DNA of 64,000 bases from an uncultured Actinomycetota bacterium (lineage in GTDB: Bacteria; Actinomycetota; Thermoleophilia; RBG-16-64-13): assembly GCA_963721365.1 (NCBI GenBank), contig CAVRJE010000023.1, forward strand, positions 110,668 to 174,667, read 5' to 3'. Position 1 is the stretch's first letter; every line of letters begins with the position of its first letter. A program made the position numbers and the translations under genes. Positions 10,601 to 21,100 of this stretch are shown here, in pieces. A model generated the notes under the pieces. The model had not been told where the DNA came from. It searched no databases and saw nothing but the letters and a program-made list of their open reading frames with translations.

Positions 10601-12691
10601 CTACGAGTCGGCCGCCTTGCGGGCCTTGACTTCGGCCACGATCTTCTCGACCAGCTGCGACGGGCACTTCTTCGTAGTGATCGAACTCGATGGTGAAGGA
10701 GCCGCGCCCCGCCGTCATGGATCGCAGTTGCGGAGCGTACGTCAGCATCTCCGCCAGGGGCACCTGGGCCCTGATGGCGTGCATCTCCCCCATGTTCTCG
10801 CTGCCCTGCGGACGGCCGCGCCGGCTGGAGAGGTCGCCCATGATGTCGCCCATGTTCTCTTCGGGCGCGATCACCTCGACGTTCATCACCGGCTCCAGCA
10901 GCACCGGCGCCGACTCGGTCATGGCCTTGTTCCACGCCAGGGTGCCGGCCAGTTTGAAGGCCAATTCCGACGAGTCCACCGCGTGGTAGGAGCCGTCGAA
11001 CAGCTTGACCTTGACGTCGACGACCGGGTACCCGGCGATGACGCCATGCTCCATGGCTTCCACGATGCCCTTCTCCACGGCCGGGATGAAGTTCCGCGGG
11101 ATCGAGCCGCCGAAGATGGCGTCCTCGAACTGGTAGCCCCCGCTGCGCGGAAGCGGTTCGATCTCGATCCAGCAGTCGCCGAACTGGCCGCGACCGCCGG
11201 TCTGCTTCTTGTGCCGTCCCTGGGCGGTCGCTTTCTTGCGGATGGTCTCCCGATACGGCACCTGCGGCGGATGAAGCTCCACCTCCACGCCGAAGCGCCG
11301 CTTGAGCTTGTCGAGGACGACCTCCACGTGCACCTGGCTGGTGCCGGAGATGAGCATCTCCTTGGTCTGTGGGTCGAAGCGCAGCTCCATGGCCGGGTCT
11401 TCCTCGCCCAGGCGCCGCAGCCCGTTGGAGACCTTCTCTTCGTCGCCGCGGTTCTTGGGCGAGATGGCGAAAGAGATGGCGGCCGGCGGGAATTCGTACC
11501 GGGGGAAGCGGACCGGCTGGGCCGCATCGGACAGCGTGTCGCCCGTGCCCGTCTCCTTGAGCTTGGCCAGGGCTACGATGTCGCCCGCTCCGGCCTGCTC
11601 GATGGACTTGGTCTCCTTGCCCTGCATGAGCAGGATGTTGCCGGTACGCTCCTTCTCGCCGGTGCGCTCGTTCAGCACCTGGGTGTCGGTCGCGATCTTG
11701 CCCGAGAAGATGCGGACGAGGTTCACGCGCCCGGAGAACTGGTCGTAGATGGTCTTGAACACGAAGAGAGCGGTCGGAGCCGAGTGGTCGCAGAGCAGAT
11801 CCACTTCTTCACCGCCGGGGACCCGTGAAGCCTTGCGCGCTCCATGAGCTACAGGCGAAGGGATGGACAGCAAAGTCTCGAGCAGACGGTCGGAACCGAT
11901 GTTCTTGGTGGCGGCGACCGGGATGACCGGAGCAGACGGAGCCGGCGGCTACGGCGGCCTTCAGCGCGTCGCTCACCTCCTGTTGGGTGAGTTCGCTGCC
12001 CTCCAGGTACTTCTCGAGCAAGGCGTCGTCGGCTTCGGCCACACGGTCTACGAGCGCCTCACGAGCCTGCGCGGCTGCATCGGCGAGATCGTCGGGGATC
12101 GGGCCTTCGGCGCCTTTGCCGGTCGTGCCCGCGTACGTGTAGGCCTTCATGGTGACCAGGTCGACTACTGCCCTTGAAGCCCGCTTCACTACCGATGGGA
12201 AGCGCCACGGCCACCACTTCGTCGCCGAAGCGGGCTTTGAGAGCGGCCACCGCTTCCGACGAAGTCCGCTCGCTCACGGTCCATCATGTTCACGGCGGCC
12301 ACGCGCGATACGCCCACGTCTCGCGCGCGCGTTTCCAGATGCGCTCGGTCTGGACCTCCACCTTGGTCACGGCGTTGACGAGCATCAGGACACCCTCGAC
12401 GACGGGCAGCGCCCCCATCGCCTCGTTGATGAACGAAGCCTCGCCCGGGGTGTCGACGAGGTTGATCCTGTGACCGGCCCAATCGACGTGGGCGAGCCCC
12501 GCCGAGATGGTCATCTGCCGCTTGATCTCGTCCTCGTCGTGGTCCATGGCGGTGGTCCCGTCCACGACTGCGCCCAACCGGCTCTTGGCGCCGGTCGTGA
12601 ACAGCAGAGCTTCGACCAGCGAGGTCTTGCCCGCCCCGCGGTGGCCCACCACGGCGACGTTCCTGATCTTGGCAGGGTCTACGAGCGCCAT
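10601..12691 (-). CDS. elongation factor G-like GTPase (EF-G paralog, fusA2-type); several frame breaks
   Basis: Atypical G1 motif VAVVGHRGAGKTSL. The EF-G domains II-V are spread over ORFs 12290..12691, 11809..12189 and 10575..11873. The true C-terminus PSQLVEKIVAEVKARKAADS* is recovered after removing one C from a CCC run near 10650. Confidence 0.8.
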
Positions 12692-12716
12692 GAATCCTCC
12701 TCGCGTCTGACTGATA

Positions 12717-12880
12717 GGCTGCTGAAGAACGACGTTTCGCCGACAGAGCGCGATGGCTGAGTGCGAGAGCAGGACGCAGGAAGCACGAATAGCAGCGCTA
12801 TTCGTGCGACCGAGGACGAACTATCGCGCCAGCCAGTGCGTTCTGTCGGCCGAGGCTTCATTCTTCAGCAGCCTCCGTGG
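12717..12880. repeat. long imperfect inverted repeat (about 160 bp) with a perfect 11-bp-armed central palindrome
   Basis: Outer arms are ctgctgaagaa...gccgacagagcgc and gcgttctgtcggc...ttcttcagcag. Centre is GCACGAATAGC-AGC-GCTATTCGTGC. Lies between a hypothetical gene and the start of the EF-G-like gene. Confidence 0.6.
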
Positions 12881-12914
12881 TCGAAGGGAATCGAGCGACA
12901 GGGCACTACCGGCA

Positions 12915-13160
12915 CTAGTCGCCGAGCTTCAACTGGTAGCGGCGATCCTTTCGAAGCCAGGTGATAGAGGCCACCGCCGGCGGCAGGATCTCCAAGGCGC
13001 CGTCGCGGGCTTCCACCATGACCATCTCGAAATCGCGGTAGTACACCTTGACCGGTCCGGTCAGGATCGTCAGAGACGTGGTGCGCAGACTGTCGTCCGG
13101 AGCCTGTATCGCCATGGTCAGACTCACCGACGCCTCGCCCTCTTGCACAACTACCTGCAT
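12915..13160 (-). CDS. hypothetical protein
   Basis: 81-aa ORF directly downstream of rpmF. No recognisable motif. Coding status uncertain. Confidence 0.3.
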   Translation of the reverse strand: MQVVVQEGEASVSLTMAIQAPDDSLRTTSLTILTGPVKVYYRDFEMVMVEARDGALEILPPAVASITWLRKDRRYQLKLGD

Positions 13161-13173
13161 GTGGCCGCGGACC

Positions 13174-13353
13174 CTATTCCTCGACCTTCACTACCTGCCG
13201 GCCGTTGTACATGCCGCAATTGGGGCACACGCGATGGGACAGTTTGGGGCTGTGGCATTGCGGGCATTCGCTAACGCTCGATGCCGGACCGGGATGGCTC
13301 GACCGCCGCGCGTCTCTACGAGCCCGGGAAGTCTTTCTCTTGGGGACTGCCAT
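13174..13353 (-). CDS. rpmF: 50S ribosomal protein L32
   Basis: Manual translation of the minus strand gives MAVPKRKTSRARRDARRSSHPGPASSVSECPQCHSPKLSHRVCPNCGMYNGRQVVKVEE*. This is 59 aa, below the ORF-track cutoff. It lies immediately downstream of yceD as in the conserved yceD-rpmF pair. Confidence 0.9.
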   Translation of the reverse strand: MAVPKRKTSRARRDARRSSHPGPASSVSECPQCHSPKLSHRVCPNCGMYNGRQVVKVEE

Positions 13354-13369
13354 TGAATCGCCTCACTAT

Positions 13370-13969
13370 TCACCTATGGGGAAACCGAGAGTTTGTACCC
13401 CATCGGCCTCGATATTTCAAGTCGCGGCTCTGTGTCTCCTCGTTCTCGCCCGTAGCTGCGCCGCGCTCACCGAGGTCAAGGTCCTTGAGGCGGCTCCAGC
13501 GCTCGTCGATCTCCTCTGCGCTACAGCCGCAGACCCCCTTGTTGAGGTCTGTGCCGCAATGGCCGCACAGGCCCTTGCACGTCTCAGAACAGACCACCTG
13601 AGCGGGGAGCGCCAGCACGAGCGCCTCCCGCGCGAGCCCGTCGACGTCGACCACCAGGTCCTTGATGAACTCGCTGGTGTCGGTCTCCTCCCAGCCGTCT
13701 TTCGCGGTGGGAGCGAACTCCTGCTGCTCGGCGTGGACTTCGATGACGGCCTCGCCCAGGCAGCGCGCGCAGAGCCCGTACATCTTTGCGTCGAGAGCCA
13801 CGCTTACGAGGTATCCCCCGGTGACCCGGTCGACGGTGACTTTCACTCCGCCGGGGACGAGGACGCGATACGTCGACCCCTCCCAGCAGGATGGGCTCGA
13901 GCTCGAGAGGATAGACCCGCCGTACCGCTCGCCGCCGCGGAGGGCAAGATCGGCGAGGTTCAGCAGCAT
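13370..13969 (-). CDS. yceD: YceD/DUF177 family protein (large-subunit rRNA accumulation protein)
   Basis: Cys cluster CxxC...CxxC reading CSETCKGLCGHCGTDLNKGVCGC. Acidic C-terminus. Position upstream of rpmF. Confidence 0.75.
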   Translation of the reverse strand: MLLNLADLALRGGERYGGSILSSSSPSCWEGSTYRVLVPGGVKVTVDRVTGGYLVSVALDAKMYGLCARCLGEAVIEVHAEQQEFAPTAKDGWEETDTSEFIKDLVVDVDGLAREALVLALPAQVVCSETCKGLCGHCGTDLNKGVCGCSAEEIDERWSRLKDLDLGERGAATGENEETQSRDLKYRGRWGTNSRFPHR

Positions 13970-14006
13970 GTCTGTCTGCGGTCTGGAAGGTGAAGCTACT
14001 CGGGCT

Positions 14007-14465
14007 CAGCCTTCGCGCGGACCGCCGGTCTGCAGACGTTCGCGGCCCCGCTGCACGGCGGCCAGGAACTTGTCCAGGTTGGTCTCGAGTGTCTTGAGGA
14101 TCTCGTCGGCGTAGTCCTCGGCACCCAGGCGGATCTCCCGCTCGCGGGCCTCGGCGTCACGGATGATGTCCTCCGACTGCCGCTGGGCGCGCCTGACGAC
14201 CTCCTGCTCGCTTGCCAGCCGCGTGGGCTTCTTCGCGAGCCTCGCGCAGGATGCGCTCCGACTCTTCCTTGGCCTCCTGCAGCATCTCCTGGCGCTCTTT
14301 GACGATCCAGCGCGCCTGCTTGATCTCTTCGGGGATGGTGGCCCGCATCTGATCGAGCAGGTCGTATATCTCGTCCCGATCGATCATGACCTTGTCGGTC
14401 ATCGGGAACGTGCTTGCACCGTGGACCAGGTCGTCCAGCTTGTCGATCAGAACGAGAACGTCCAT
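14007..14465 (-). CDS. hypothetical coiled-coil protein; frame break near 14160
   Basis: ORF 14157..14465 reads MDVLVLIDKLDDLV...IKQARWIVKERQEMLQEAKEESERILREAREEA. Protein-like sequence continues in another frame as DAEAREREIRLGAEDYADEILKTLETNLDKFLAAVQRGRERLQ*. The Arg-rich 181-aa overlapping ORF is the wrong frame. Confidence 0.5.
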
Positions 14466-14468
14466 GCC

Positions 14469-14960
14469 TTAGTCCTCCACGCGTCCATACATTTCGGCGA
14501 AACGACGCTCGACCACTTCGGGTACGAGGTCGCTCACGCACCCGCCGTACTTGGCGATCTCCTTCACCCCGCTCGAACTGAGGAACGAGTACTCGGGTGA
14601 CGCCATAAGGTACATCGTCTCGAGTTCGGGGTCCAACTTGCGGTTGAGCTGGGCCATCTGGAACTCGTACTCAAAGTCGGTGAGGGCCCGCAGACCCTTG
14701 ACCAGCACCCTCGCTCCCACCTGGCGGGCGAACTTGACCACCAAGCCCCGCATGATCGCGACTCTCACATTCGGCAGGTGCTTGGTGGACTCCTGCAAGA
14801 AGTGCCGCGCGCTCTCCGGCGCTGAACAGCACGGACTTGCGATAGGAATCGTCGACGACGGCGACGACGACCTCATCGAACATGGCGCTGCAGCGCGAGA
14901 TGATGTCGAGTGACCGATGGTCACAGGGTCGTACGTGCCGGGGCAGAGCACCGTCTTCAC
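14469..14960 (-). CDS. coaD: phosphopantetheine adenylyltransferase; internal frame breaks
   Basis: GTG start preceded by TAAGGAGGA. Sequence reads VKTVLCPGTYDPVTIGH ... FDEVVVAVV ... KHLPNVRV...FEYEFQMAQLNRKLDPELETMYLMASPEYSFLSSSGVKEIA, spread over two frames (14469..15023 and 14671..15093). Confidence 0.8.
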   Translation of the reverse strand: MKTVLCPGTYDPVTIGHSTSSRAAAPCSMRSSSPSSTIPIASPCCSAPESARHFLQESTKHLPNVRVAIMRGLVVKFARQVGARVLVKGLRALTDFEYEFQMAQLNRKLDPELETMYLMASPEYSFLSSSGVKEIAKYGGCVSDLVPEVVERRFAEMYGRVED

Positions 14961-15009
14961 CGGAGTAGTCCTCCTTATGGTCACCATGGTGACCCGGGTG
15001 TCGCCATAG

Positions 15010-15513
15010 ACCCGATCGAACACCGGAACTAGCCCCGAGCGTAGGATGCGAGGCTTTGTCGCTCTCGAGCACCACTACGCCGCCGTCGTGCATGAGCGAC
15101 GGCGACGAGAGGCTCGAGCGTTACTTCCGCTTCGGTAAGCATTTTATAGGGAGGGTCCACAAAGAGCAAATCGAACCTCTCCCCTGCATCGATGATGTCC
15201 TGCAAAGCCGCACTGGTAGTCGGCCACTACCACCCGGCTCTCCGCCTGGTAGTCAAGATCGTCGATGTTCTGCGCGCAGCACCTCGGCCACTTGCCTGTC
15301 CTGCTCCACGAAGACGCAGCCGGCCGCTCCCCGCGAGAGCGCCTCGAGCCCCATGGCTCCCGTGCCCGCGAACAGATCGAGCACCGACGAGACCGCCGAT
15401 CGGCCCCAGCGAGTCGAAGATGGCTCCCGCACCATCTCGCTGGTCGGGCGCACGGTGGGACCCGCCGGCACACGGAGGCGCCGGCTGCGGCGTGCGCCCG
15501 CCACGATCCGCAC
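15010..15513 (-). CDS. rsmD: 16S rRNA (guanine966-N2)-methyltransferase RsmD; frame breaks
   Basis: N-terminus is MRIVAGARRSRRLRVPAGPTVRPTSEMVRE...LDLFAGTGAMGLEALSRGA. DPPY motif (FDLLFVDPPY) and C-terminus VVVLESDK are in other frames. Confidence 0.7.
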
Positions 15514-15649
15514 GGTACCCTGGAGGCCGGCCGGGCCCGAAGCACGCCTGTCGCCCGGCAGGCCGCGCCGATCGGCAGGCCGCCTCGGTATCGCGCGGCG
15601 GCCGACTCATACCCGCTCCAACCAGCGGATCTTCCTGCCGAAGCGATCT

Positions 15650-17565
15650 TCAGCGGCCTCCAGCAGCAATGGGGATACTCGCCGGCCCGTCGCCACCGCG
15701 CGCCCCAGATCCTCCAGCGACCTTCTGCGCCTCGGCGCGCGCCTCCTCGAGCAGCGCCCGGTCGCGCAGCAGCGACGCGACATGCAGATCGCCCAGCCCC
15801 GACTGCCGCTCCCCGAACAACTGGCCGGTACCCCTGGCGACAAGGTCGGCCTCGGCAAGCGCGAAGCCGTCGTTGGTCGCCGGCGAAGACGCGCAACCGG
15901 TCCGAGCGCGCCTCATCGTCGTCGGCGACCGGCAAGAAGCAGAAGGAGTCCTGCGCCCCTCGGCCCACCCGGCCCCGCAGCTGGTGCAGCTGCGACAGGC
16001 CGAACCGGCGGGCGCCGAGGATCACCATGACGGTCGCGTTGGCCACGTCGACGCCCACTTCGATCACCGAGGTGCTCACGAGGACGTCCGCCTCTCCCGC
16101 CGCGTACTCCGCCATGGCGGCCGCTTTCTCGCCCGGAGGCAACTGGCCGTGGAGCAGCCGAAGCCGGAAACCCGACAGCTCCCCGGCCGCCAATTCGGCG
16201 AACGTCCGGCGGGCGGACGCCGCCTCCAGGACCTCACTCTCCTCTATCAAGGGGCAGACCACGTACGCCTGACGCCCGCCTCTGAGCTGGCTCCGGACGA
16301 ACTCCCACATCTGCTTCGACGGCCTCCGGCGGCACAAGTCTGGTCCGCACGGGGCGCCTTCCGGGCGGCATCTCGTCGAGGACGCTCACGTCGAGGTCGC
16401 CGTAGAGGGTGAGGCTCAGGGTGCGCGGGATGGGCGTGGCCGACATGTGCAGGGTATGGGGCCGTAGGCTTTGCCCCTCCCCGCTCTGCCCCTCTCCGGC
16501 CACGATCGCGTCCCGCTGGCTCACGCCGAAGCGATGTTGCTCGTCGACCACCGCCAGGCGGAGATCGCGAAACCGGACCCCTTCCTGGATGAGGGCGTGC
16601 GTCCCCACGACGACGTCCACCTCTCCGCTCTCCAGGCCCTTCCGTACCCCGCGCCGCTCGGCCGCGGTCTGGCTGCCCTTGAGGAGCCGTACCCGTACGC
16701 CGTGGGCCGCCAACTGGGCCGACAAGCCGAGGTAGTGCTGGTCGGCCAAGACCTCGGTAGGCGCCATTAGCGCTCCCTGAGAGCCCTGCTCGACGGCTCG
16801 CAGCAAGCAGTAAGCGGCAACCATGGTCTTCCCGGACCCCACGTCGCCGTGCAGCAACCTCCGCATGGGGACCGTCTTTTGGAGGTCCCTCTCTATCTCG
16901 GCTATTACTCGGAGTTGCGCACTGGTGGGCGTGTACGGCAGGCCAGCAAGGAACGCCGCGGACAGGGCTGCCGGCGGCTCGAGCCCTCGTGCCCGCTCGT
17001 GGGCGTCCTGCGCGCGGCGCTGCTGCAGCACGGCCAGTTGCAGCAGGAGGAGTTCCTCGAACGCCAGCCGCTCCCGGGCCTTGCCCGCCTCGGCGAGGTC
17101 GACCGGGAAGTGGCTTGCCAGGACGGCCTCGGCCCGGCCGGCGTACCGCCGCCGGGCGAGCATCTCGGCGGGCAGAGGGTCCATCAGGCTGGCGGCCAGC
17201 GGGGCCGCTTCGTGCAGCAAGGTGCGGATGGTGCGGACGCTGAGGTCGGCCGTGCTTGGATAGACCGGTACGAGGCCGAGGATATGGCGGCTCTCTTCTG
17301 ACTCCCCCAGGATCTCGTGGCGCTTGACCAGGAAGACGGGAGCGCCCCGCTGACGCGTGAGCACCCCTTTCAGAAGCACCTCGGGCCGCTCGCGGAACGC
17401 CGGCTCCAGATATGACTGGTTGTACCAGAGGGCCACGACGCTGCCGCTTTCGTCACTCACCAGCGCTTCGAGCACGCTCACCCGCCGACGGGCCGTCTGC
17501 CGGGTGGCGCAGGACAGAACCCGGGCACGCAGGGTCATCTCGGCGCCGAAACAAAGACCGGCCAC
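15650..17565 (-). CDS. recG: ATP-dependent DNA helicase RecG; frame breaks
   Basis: Wedge domain in ORF 16234..17565 reads VLEALVSDESGSVVALWYNQSYL. Helicase motifs DVGSGKT, DEQHRFGV and SATPIPRTL present. Helicase C-terminal half is in ORFs 15144..16337 and 15650..15916 (LLHGQLPPGEK...VIEVGVDV...QLRGRVGRG). Confidence 0.85.
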
Positions 17566-17814
17566 CTCGATGAGGCGGGAGGGCGACTCGTGTCGGAAAG
17601 GGAGGTGCAGCAGCAGGTCGCCGACCGTGTTTATGCCTAGGCCCCGGAGTCTCCGCTCAGTCGCTCTTGCCCACTCCGCGCAGCGAAGAGACCGGCCTGT
17701 CGAGGAGCGCGGGGTCTAACCTCTGCTTCGAAGTCGCGCTCAGATGGAGTGCTTCGGCGGCGAGCGGCGACTGCGACCCGATAGGGTAGTGAAGTCCGCC
17801 GCTTGTCGCCGTGC

Positions 17815-18672
17815 TCATTCCTGGATGAAACAGAGGGCGACGGCGCCCGGGCCGACGTAGGCGCCGATGACGGGGCCGACTATGCTGGTGGGTATCAGGC
17901 GGACATCCCGATCTTCCACCGCTTCGATCAACTCGCGCAGCTGGGCGAGCCCGGGTTCGTTGTAGGCGTGGGAAAGACCTACGTACGTGGTGCGGCCCGG
18001 CTGCGTGCGCTCGACCAGACCGTCGCGCATGACCTCCAGCGCCTGAGTCACGCCGCGGACCTTCTTGAAGACGTCGACGACCCCCTCGTCGATGCTGAGC
18101 ACCGGCTTGATGTTGAGGAGGGTACCCATTAGGTGGGAAGCCCTGCCGATGCGCCCGCCCTTGAACAGGTACTCGAGCGTGGTGGGCAAGAAGTAGAACG
18201 TCTTCTCGGCCAGGAACCTGGTGATGTACCCCTCGAACTCCTCTTCAGGGGTGCCGCGGTCGAGCCGCTCGACCAGCCGGTCGACCAGTAAGGCGATGCC
18301 CCCGGTGGCGAGTTCGGAGTCGACGACGCGGACCCCGTCTATCTGGCTCTGTGCAATCTCGGCACTGGCGCAGGTGCCGCTCAACTTGCTGCTGAGGTGC
18401 ACCGAGTAGACGCGCTCGTAGCGCTCCCGGAGGTCGCGGTAGCGATCAAGGAAGGCGCCGGCCGAGGGCTGCGACGTACGAGGAAGCACCGGACTGGCCT
18501 TGAGCTTCTCGTAGAACTCCTGGGGTTTGAGTTCCACCCAATCCAGATAGGCATCCTCGCCGAAGTAGACGGTCAGAGGGACCATGCTGATGTTGGGGTC
18601 GTTCGCGAGATAGTCCGGCAGGTCGGCGGTGGAATCGACTACGATGGCGGTGGTCGTCCGGTCGACGATCAT
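17815..18672 (-). CDS. DegV family fatty-acid-binding protein
   Basis: 285 aa. IVVDSTADLP start and EDD-fold DegV signature. Confidence 0.8.
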   Translation of the reverse strand: MIVDRTTTAIVVDSTADLPDYLANDPNISMVPLTVYFGEDAYLDWVELKPQEFYEKLKASPVLPRTSQPSAGAFLDRYRDLRERYERVYSVHLSSKLSGTCASAEIAQSQIDGVRVVDSELATGGIALLVDRLVERLDRGTPEEEFEGYITRFLAEKTFYFLPTTLEYLFKGGRIGRASHLMGTLLNIKPVLSIDEGVVDVFKKVRGVTQALEVMRDGLVERTQPGRTTYVGLSHAYNEPGLAQLRELIEAVEDRDVRLIPTSIVGPVIGAYVGPGAVALCFIQE

Positions 18673-18716
18673 CTCGTCCTCGCTCCTTTCGTGCTCCGTT
18701 GGGCGGAGTCGCGCTC

Positions 18717-20348
18717 CTACTCCGCCGACAATAGGACCGGATAGAAGGGCTGCCCGCCCTGGTGAAGGTCGATCTCGACCGAGGGGTATGTCGCGCGCAA
18801 TCTCTCGAGCGCGGCCGCCGCCCGCTCCGCCTCCTCCTCGGCGCCGAGAAGAGCGGTAAGAAGACCGCGGCCCCCGTCCAACAACCGGCCGACGACGTCG
18901 GCTATTACGGGTTCCAGTTCATCGCCGGCTGCCACCACGCGGTCGTTGATGAGGCCGATGAAGTCGCCCGCTTTGATCTGTACCCCGTCGGCCAGCGAAT
19001 CGCGGACGGCACGGGTGATCTCCGCGGTGACCACGCCGTCGATGGCGGCGCGCATCTCCTTGGCGTTGATCGCCCCCGTCTTGCGTTTGTCGAACGCGAC
19101 CGCCGCGCTCAGCCCCTCCTGTATGGAGCGCGTGGGCACTACGATGACCTCTCTCTCCGTGAGGCTCGGCGTCTGCTCGGCGGTCATGATCACGTTGCCG
19201 TTGTTGGGCAGAATCAGGACGGACGGGGTCGCTGCCCTTTCAACGGCGCGCATGAGGTCCTCCGTAGAGGGGTTCATGGACTGCCCGCCCTCCACGATGA
19301 GGTCTACCCCGAGATTGCGGAAAAGCAGCTTGTTGCCCTCCCCCGCTACCACCGCCACCACCTGAGTCAGCCCCGCGTCTGCGGGCGGGTGTGCGATCGC
19401 CGCCAGGCGGCGATCGCGAGCGGCCTTCTGCTCTTTCATGTTGTCGATCTCGATCTCGGTGAGGGCGCCAAGAGCGCCAGCTATGTCGAGCACGGTGCCG
19501 GGCTCGTCCGTGTGGACGTGAACCTTCAACTGCCGCTCGTCGCCGACGATCAGCAGACTGTCCCCCAGCCGGCTCAACCTGTCCTCAAGCGACCCCTGAT
19601 CGAGCCTGCTACCGGTGAGCAGGAAACTGGTGCAGTAGGTGAAGTCGCTCTCCTCCAGCGCCTGTTCCTCGGCGACGGTAGCTGCCGCGGTTGGGGCGAA
19701 GCGCGCCGCGATTTCGGTCTTGGCGCCGACCCTCCCATTGGCCGTCCCTTCCACCAAGACCACCAGGCCGAATCCGCCCGCGTCGACGACGCCGGCGTCG
19801 GCCAGCACGCGTAGCAATGACGGGGTTCTCTCCACGCTCTTCCAGCCCGCCGTGATCACCTCTGAGAGGAAGATCTCGACCCGCGGTGCATCCGACGCCT
19901 GAGCGGCCGCTTCGGCCATTTCCCTCAGCACCGTCAGCATGGTGCCCTCCACAGGCTTGCGGACGGCCCGGTAGGCCGTCTCGGTAGCGTGCCGGAGGGC
20001 CCGGGTCAACACTTCCTGCGTGACGGGCCCGTCCTGCCCGAGGACTTCCATCGCCCCCCGGACGATCTGGGACAGGATCACCCCGCTATTGCCGCGAGCG
20101 CCCATCAGCGCAGCCTGAGAGATAGCCGAGCAGACTTCCCGTTCCGGTAGGTCCTCCGGCAACCGGGTCATGGATTCGACCATGCCTCTGACGGTAAGGG
20201 CCAGGTTGGTACCCGTGTCTCCGTCGGGCACCGGATAGACGTTGAGATCGTTGATCTCCTGCTTGCGCCGCTCCAGGGCCGCGAAACCGGCCGAGAGCAA
20301 CTGCCGGGCCCGGGCTACCGTGAGTGTTTCTTCGGCGCTACTCGCCAA
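18717..20348 (-). CDS. yloV: DAK2 domain fusion protein YloV
   Basis: 543 aa. Dak2 motif DGDTGTNL near the N-terminus and a C-terminal DegV-like domain. Classic asp23-yloV neighbourhood. Confidence 0.85.
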   Translation of the reverse strand: MASSAEETLTVARARQLLSAGFAALERRKQEINDLNVYPVPDGDTGTNLALTVRGMVESMTRLPEDLPEREVCSAISQAALMGARGNSGVILSQIVRGAMEVLGQDGPVTQEVLTRALRHATETAYRAVRKPVEGTMLTVLREMAEAAAQASDAPRVEIFLSEVITAGWKSVERTPSLLRVLADAGVVDAGGFGLVVLVEGTANGRVGAKTEIAARFAPTAAATVAEEQALEESDFTYCTSFLLTGSRLDQGSLEDRLSRLGDSLLIVGDERQLKVHVHTDEPGTVLDIAGALGALTEIEIDNMKEQKAARDRRLAAIAHPPADAGLTQVVAVVAGEGNKLLFRNLGVDLIVEGGQSMNPSTEDLMRAVERAATPSVLILPNNGNVIMTAEQTPSLTEREVIVVPTRSIQEGLSAAVAFDKRKTGAINAKEMRAAIDGVVTAEITRAVRDSLADGVQIKAGDFIGLINDRVVAAGDELEPVIADVVGRLLDGGRGLLTALLGAEEEAERAAAALERLRATYPSVEIDLHQGGQPFYPVLLSAE

Positions 20349-20730
20349 GCCTGACCCCTTGAACGTACACGCGCAGGCCGCTGACAGGCTTGCCGGTCAT
20401 CTTTTCGATGTTATAGGCAACCTGCGAACGGACGTTGCCCGCGACTTCGGCGACGTTCAGACCGTACTCTACGATGATGTAGAGCTTGATCCGTAGGTGC
20501 TCAGCCGTCTGCTCCACCTTGATGCCCTGGCGCAGCCGATCGCGCGACAGCAACGAGGACACGCCTTGTCGCAGATTCGGCGAGGCCATGCCCACGACGC
20601 CGTAGCATTCCAGTACCGTCCAGCCCACGATATCGGCGATGGCCCTGTCGGTGATGGTCAGGTGACCGCCGACGGCTCCGCCGTGAGCCTCGGGAGCACT
20701 TCCGACGTGTGCGCCCGCGTATTCGCTCAT
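20338..20730 (-). CDS. Asp23/Gls24 family envelope stress protein
   Basis: 130 aa. Sequence ITDRAIADIVGWTVLECYGVVGM. Sits upstream of yloV. Confidence 0.8.
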   Translation of the reverse strand: MSEYAGAHVGSAPEAHGGAVGGHLTITDRAIADIVGWTVLECYGVVGMASPNLRQGVSSLLSRDRLRQGIKVEQTAEHLRIKLYIIVEYGLNVAEVAGNVRSQVAYNIEKMTGKPVSGLRVYVQGVRLGE

Positions 20731-20972
20731 GTCCCCTGTGAATCCTCGGTGGGGTTGAGCTTGTTGAGTTCCGTCACGACGGCGTTAGGGTCTATGCCGT
20801 GCATCCTCGCGCCGTCCTCGATGGACTCCATGCTGACACCCATGCAGCCGATGCACCCCATACCGTAGGCGGCGAAGACGTCCTTGGCGCGGGGGTCGGC
20901 CTGAAGGGCCTCCATCATCGGCATGTCCTTGGTAAAGATGGCCATCTCCTCCCCGATCGCGCGTTTGACCAT
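20727..20972 (-). CDS. DUF1858 domain redox-disulfide protein (hybrid-cluster-protein-associated type)
   Basis: 81 aa. TIGR03980-like sequence MMEALQADPRAKDVFAAYGMGCIGCMGVSMESIEDGARMHGIDP. Confidence 0.7.
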   Translation of the reverse strand: MVKRAIGEEMAIFTKDMPMMEALQADPRAKDVFAAYGMGCIGCMGVSMESIEDGARMHGIDPNAVVTELNKLNPTEDSQGT

Positions 20973-21100
20973 GCTCAGGTACTATACCCTACCGCATGGA
21001 GGGGTTTATCGCCATTGGCCCACCGCCCGTCTTGTCAGGCCCGACCCCATGCGGCATACTATGTCACTCCGTTCTAACCCGAGAAAAGAGCGAGTCCCAC

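Noticed and set aside
13996-14541. 181-aa Arg/Ser/Pro-rich ORF
   Set aside because: It is the wrong frame of the coiled-coil gene at 14007..14465.
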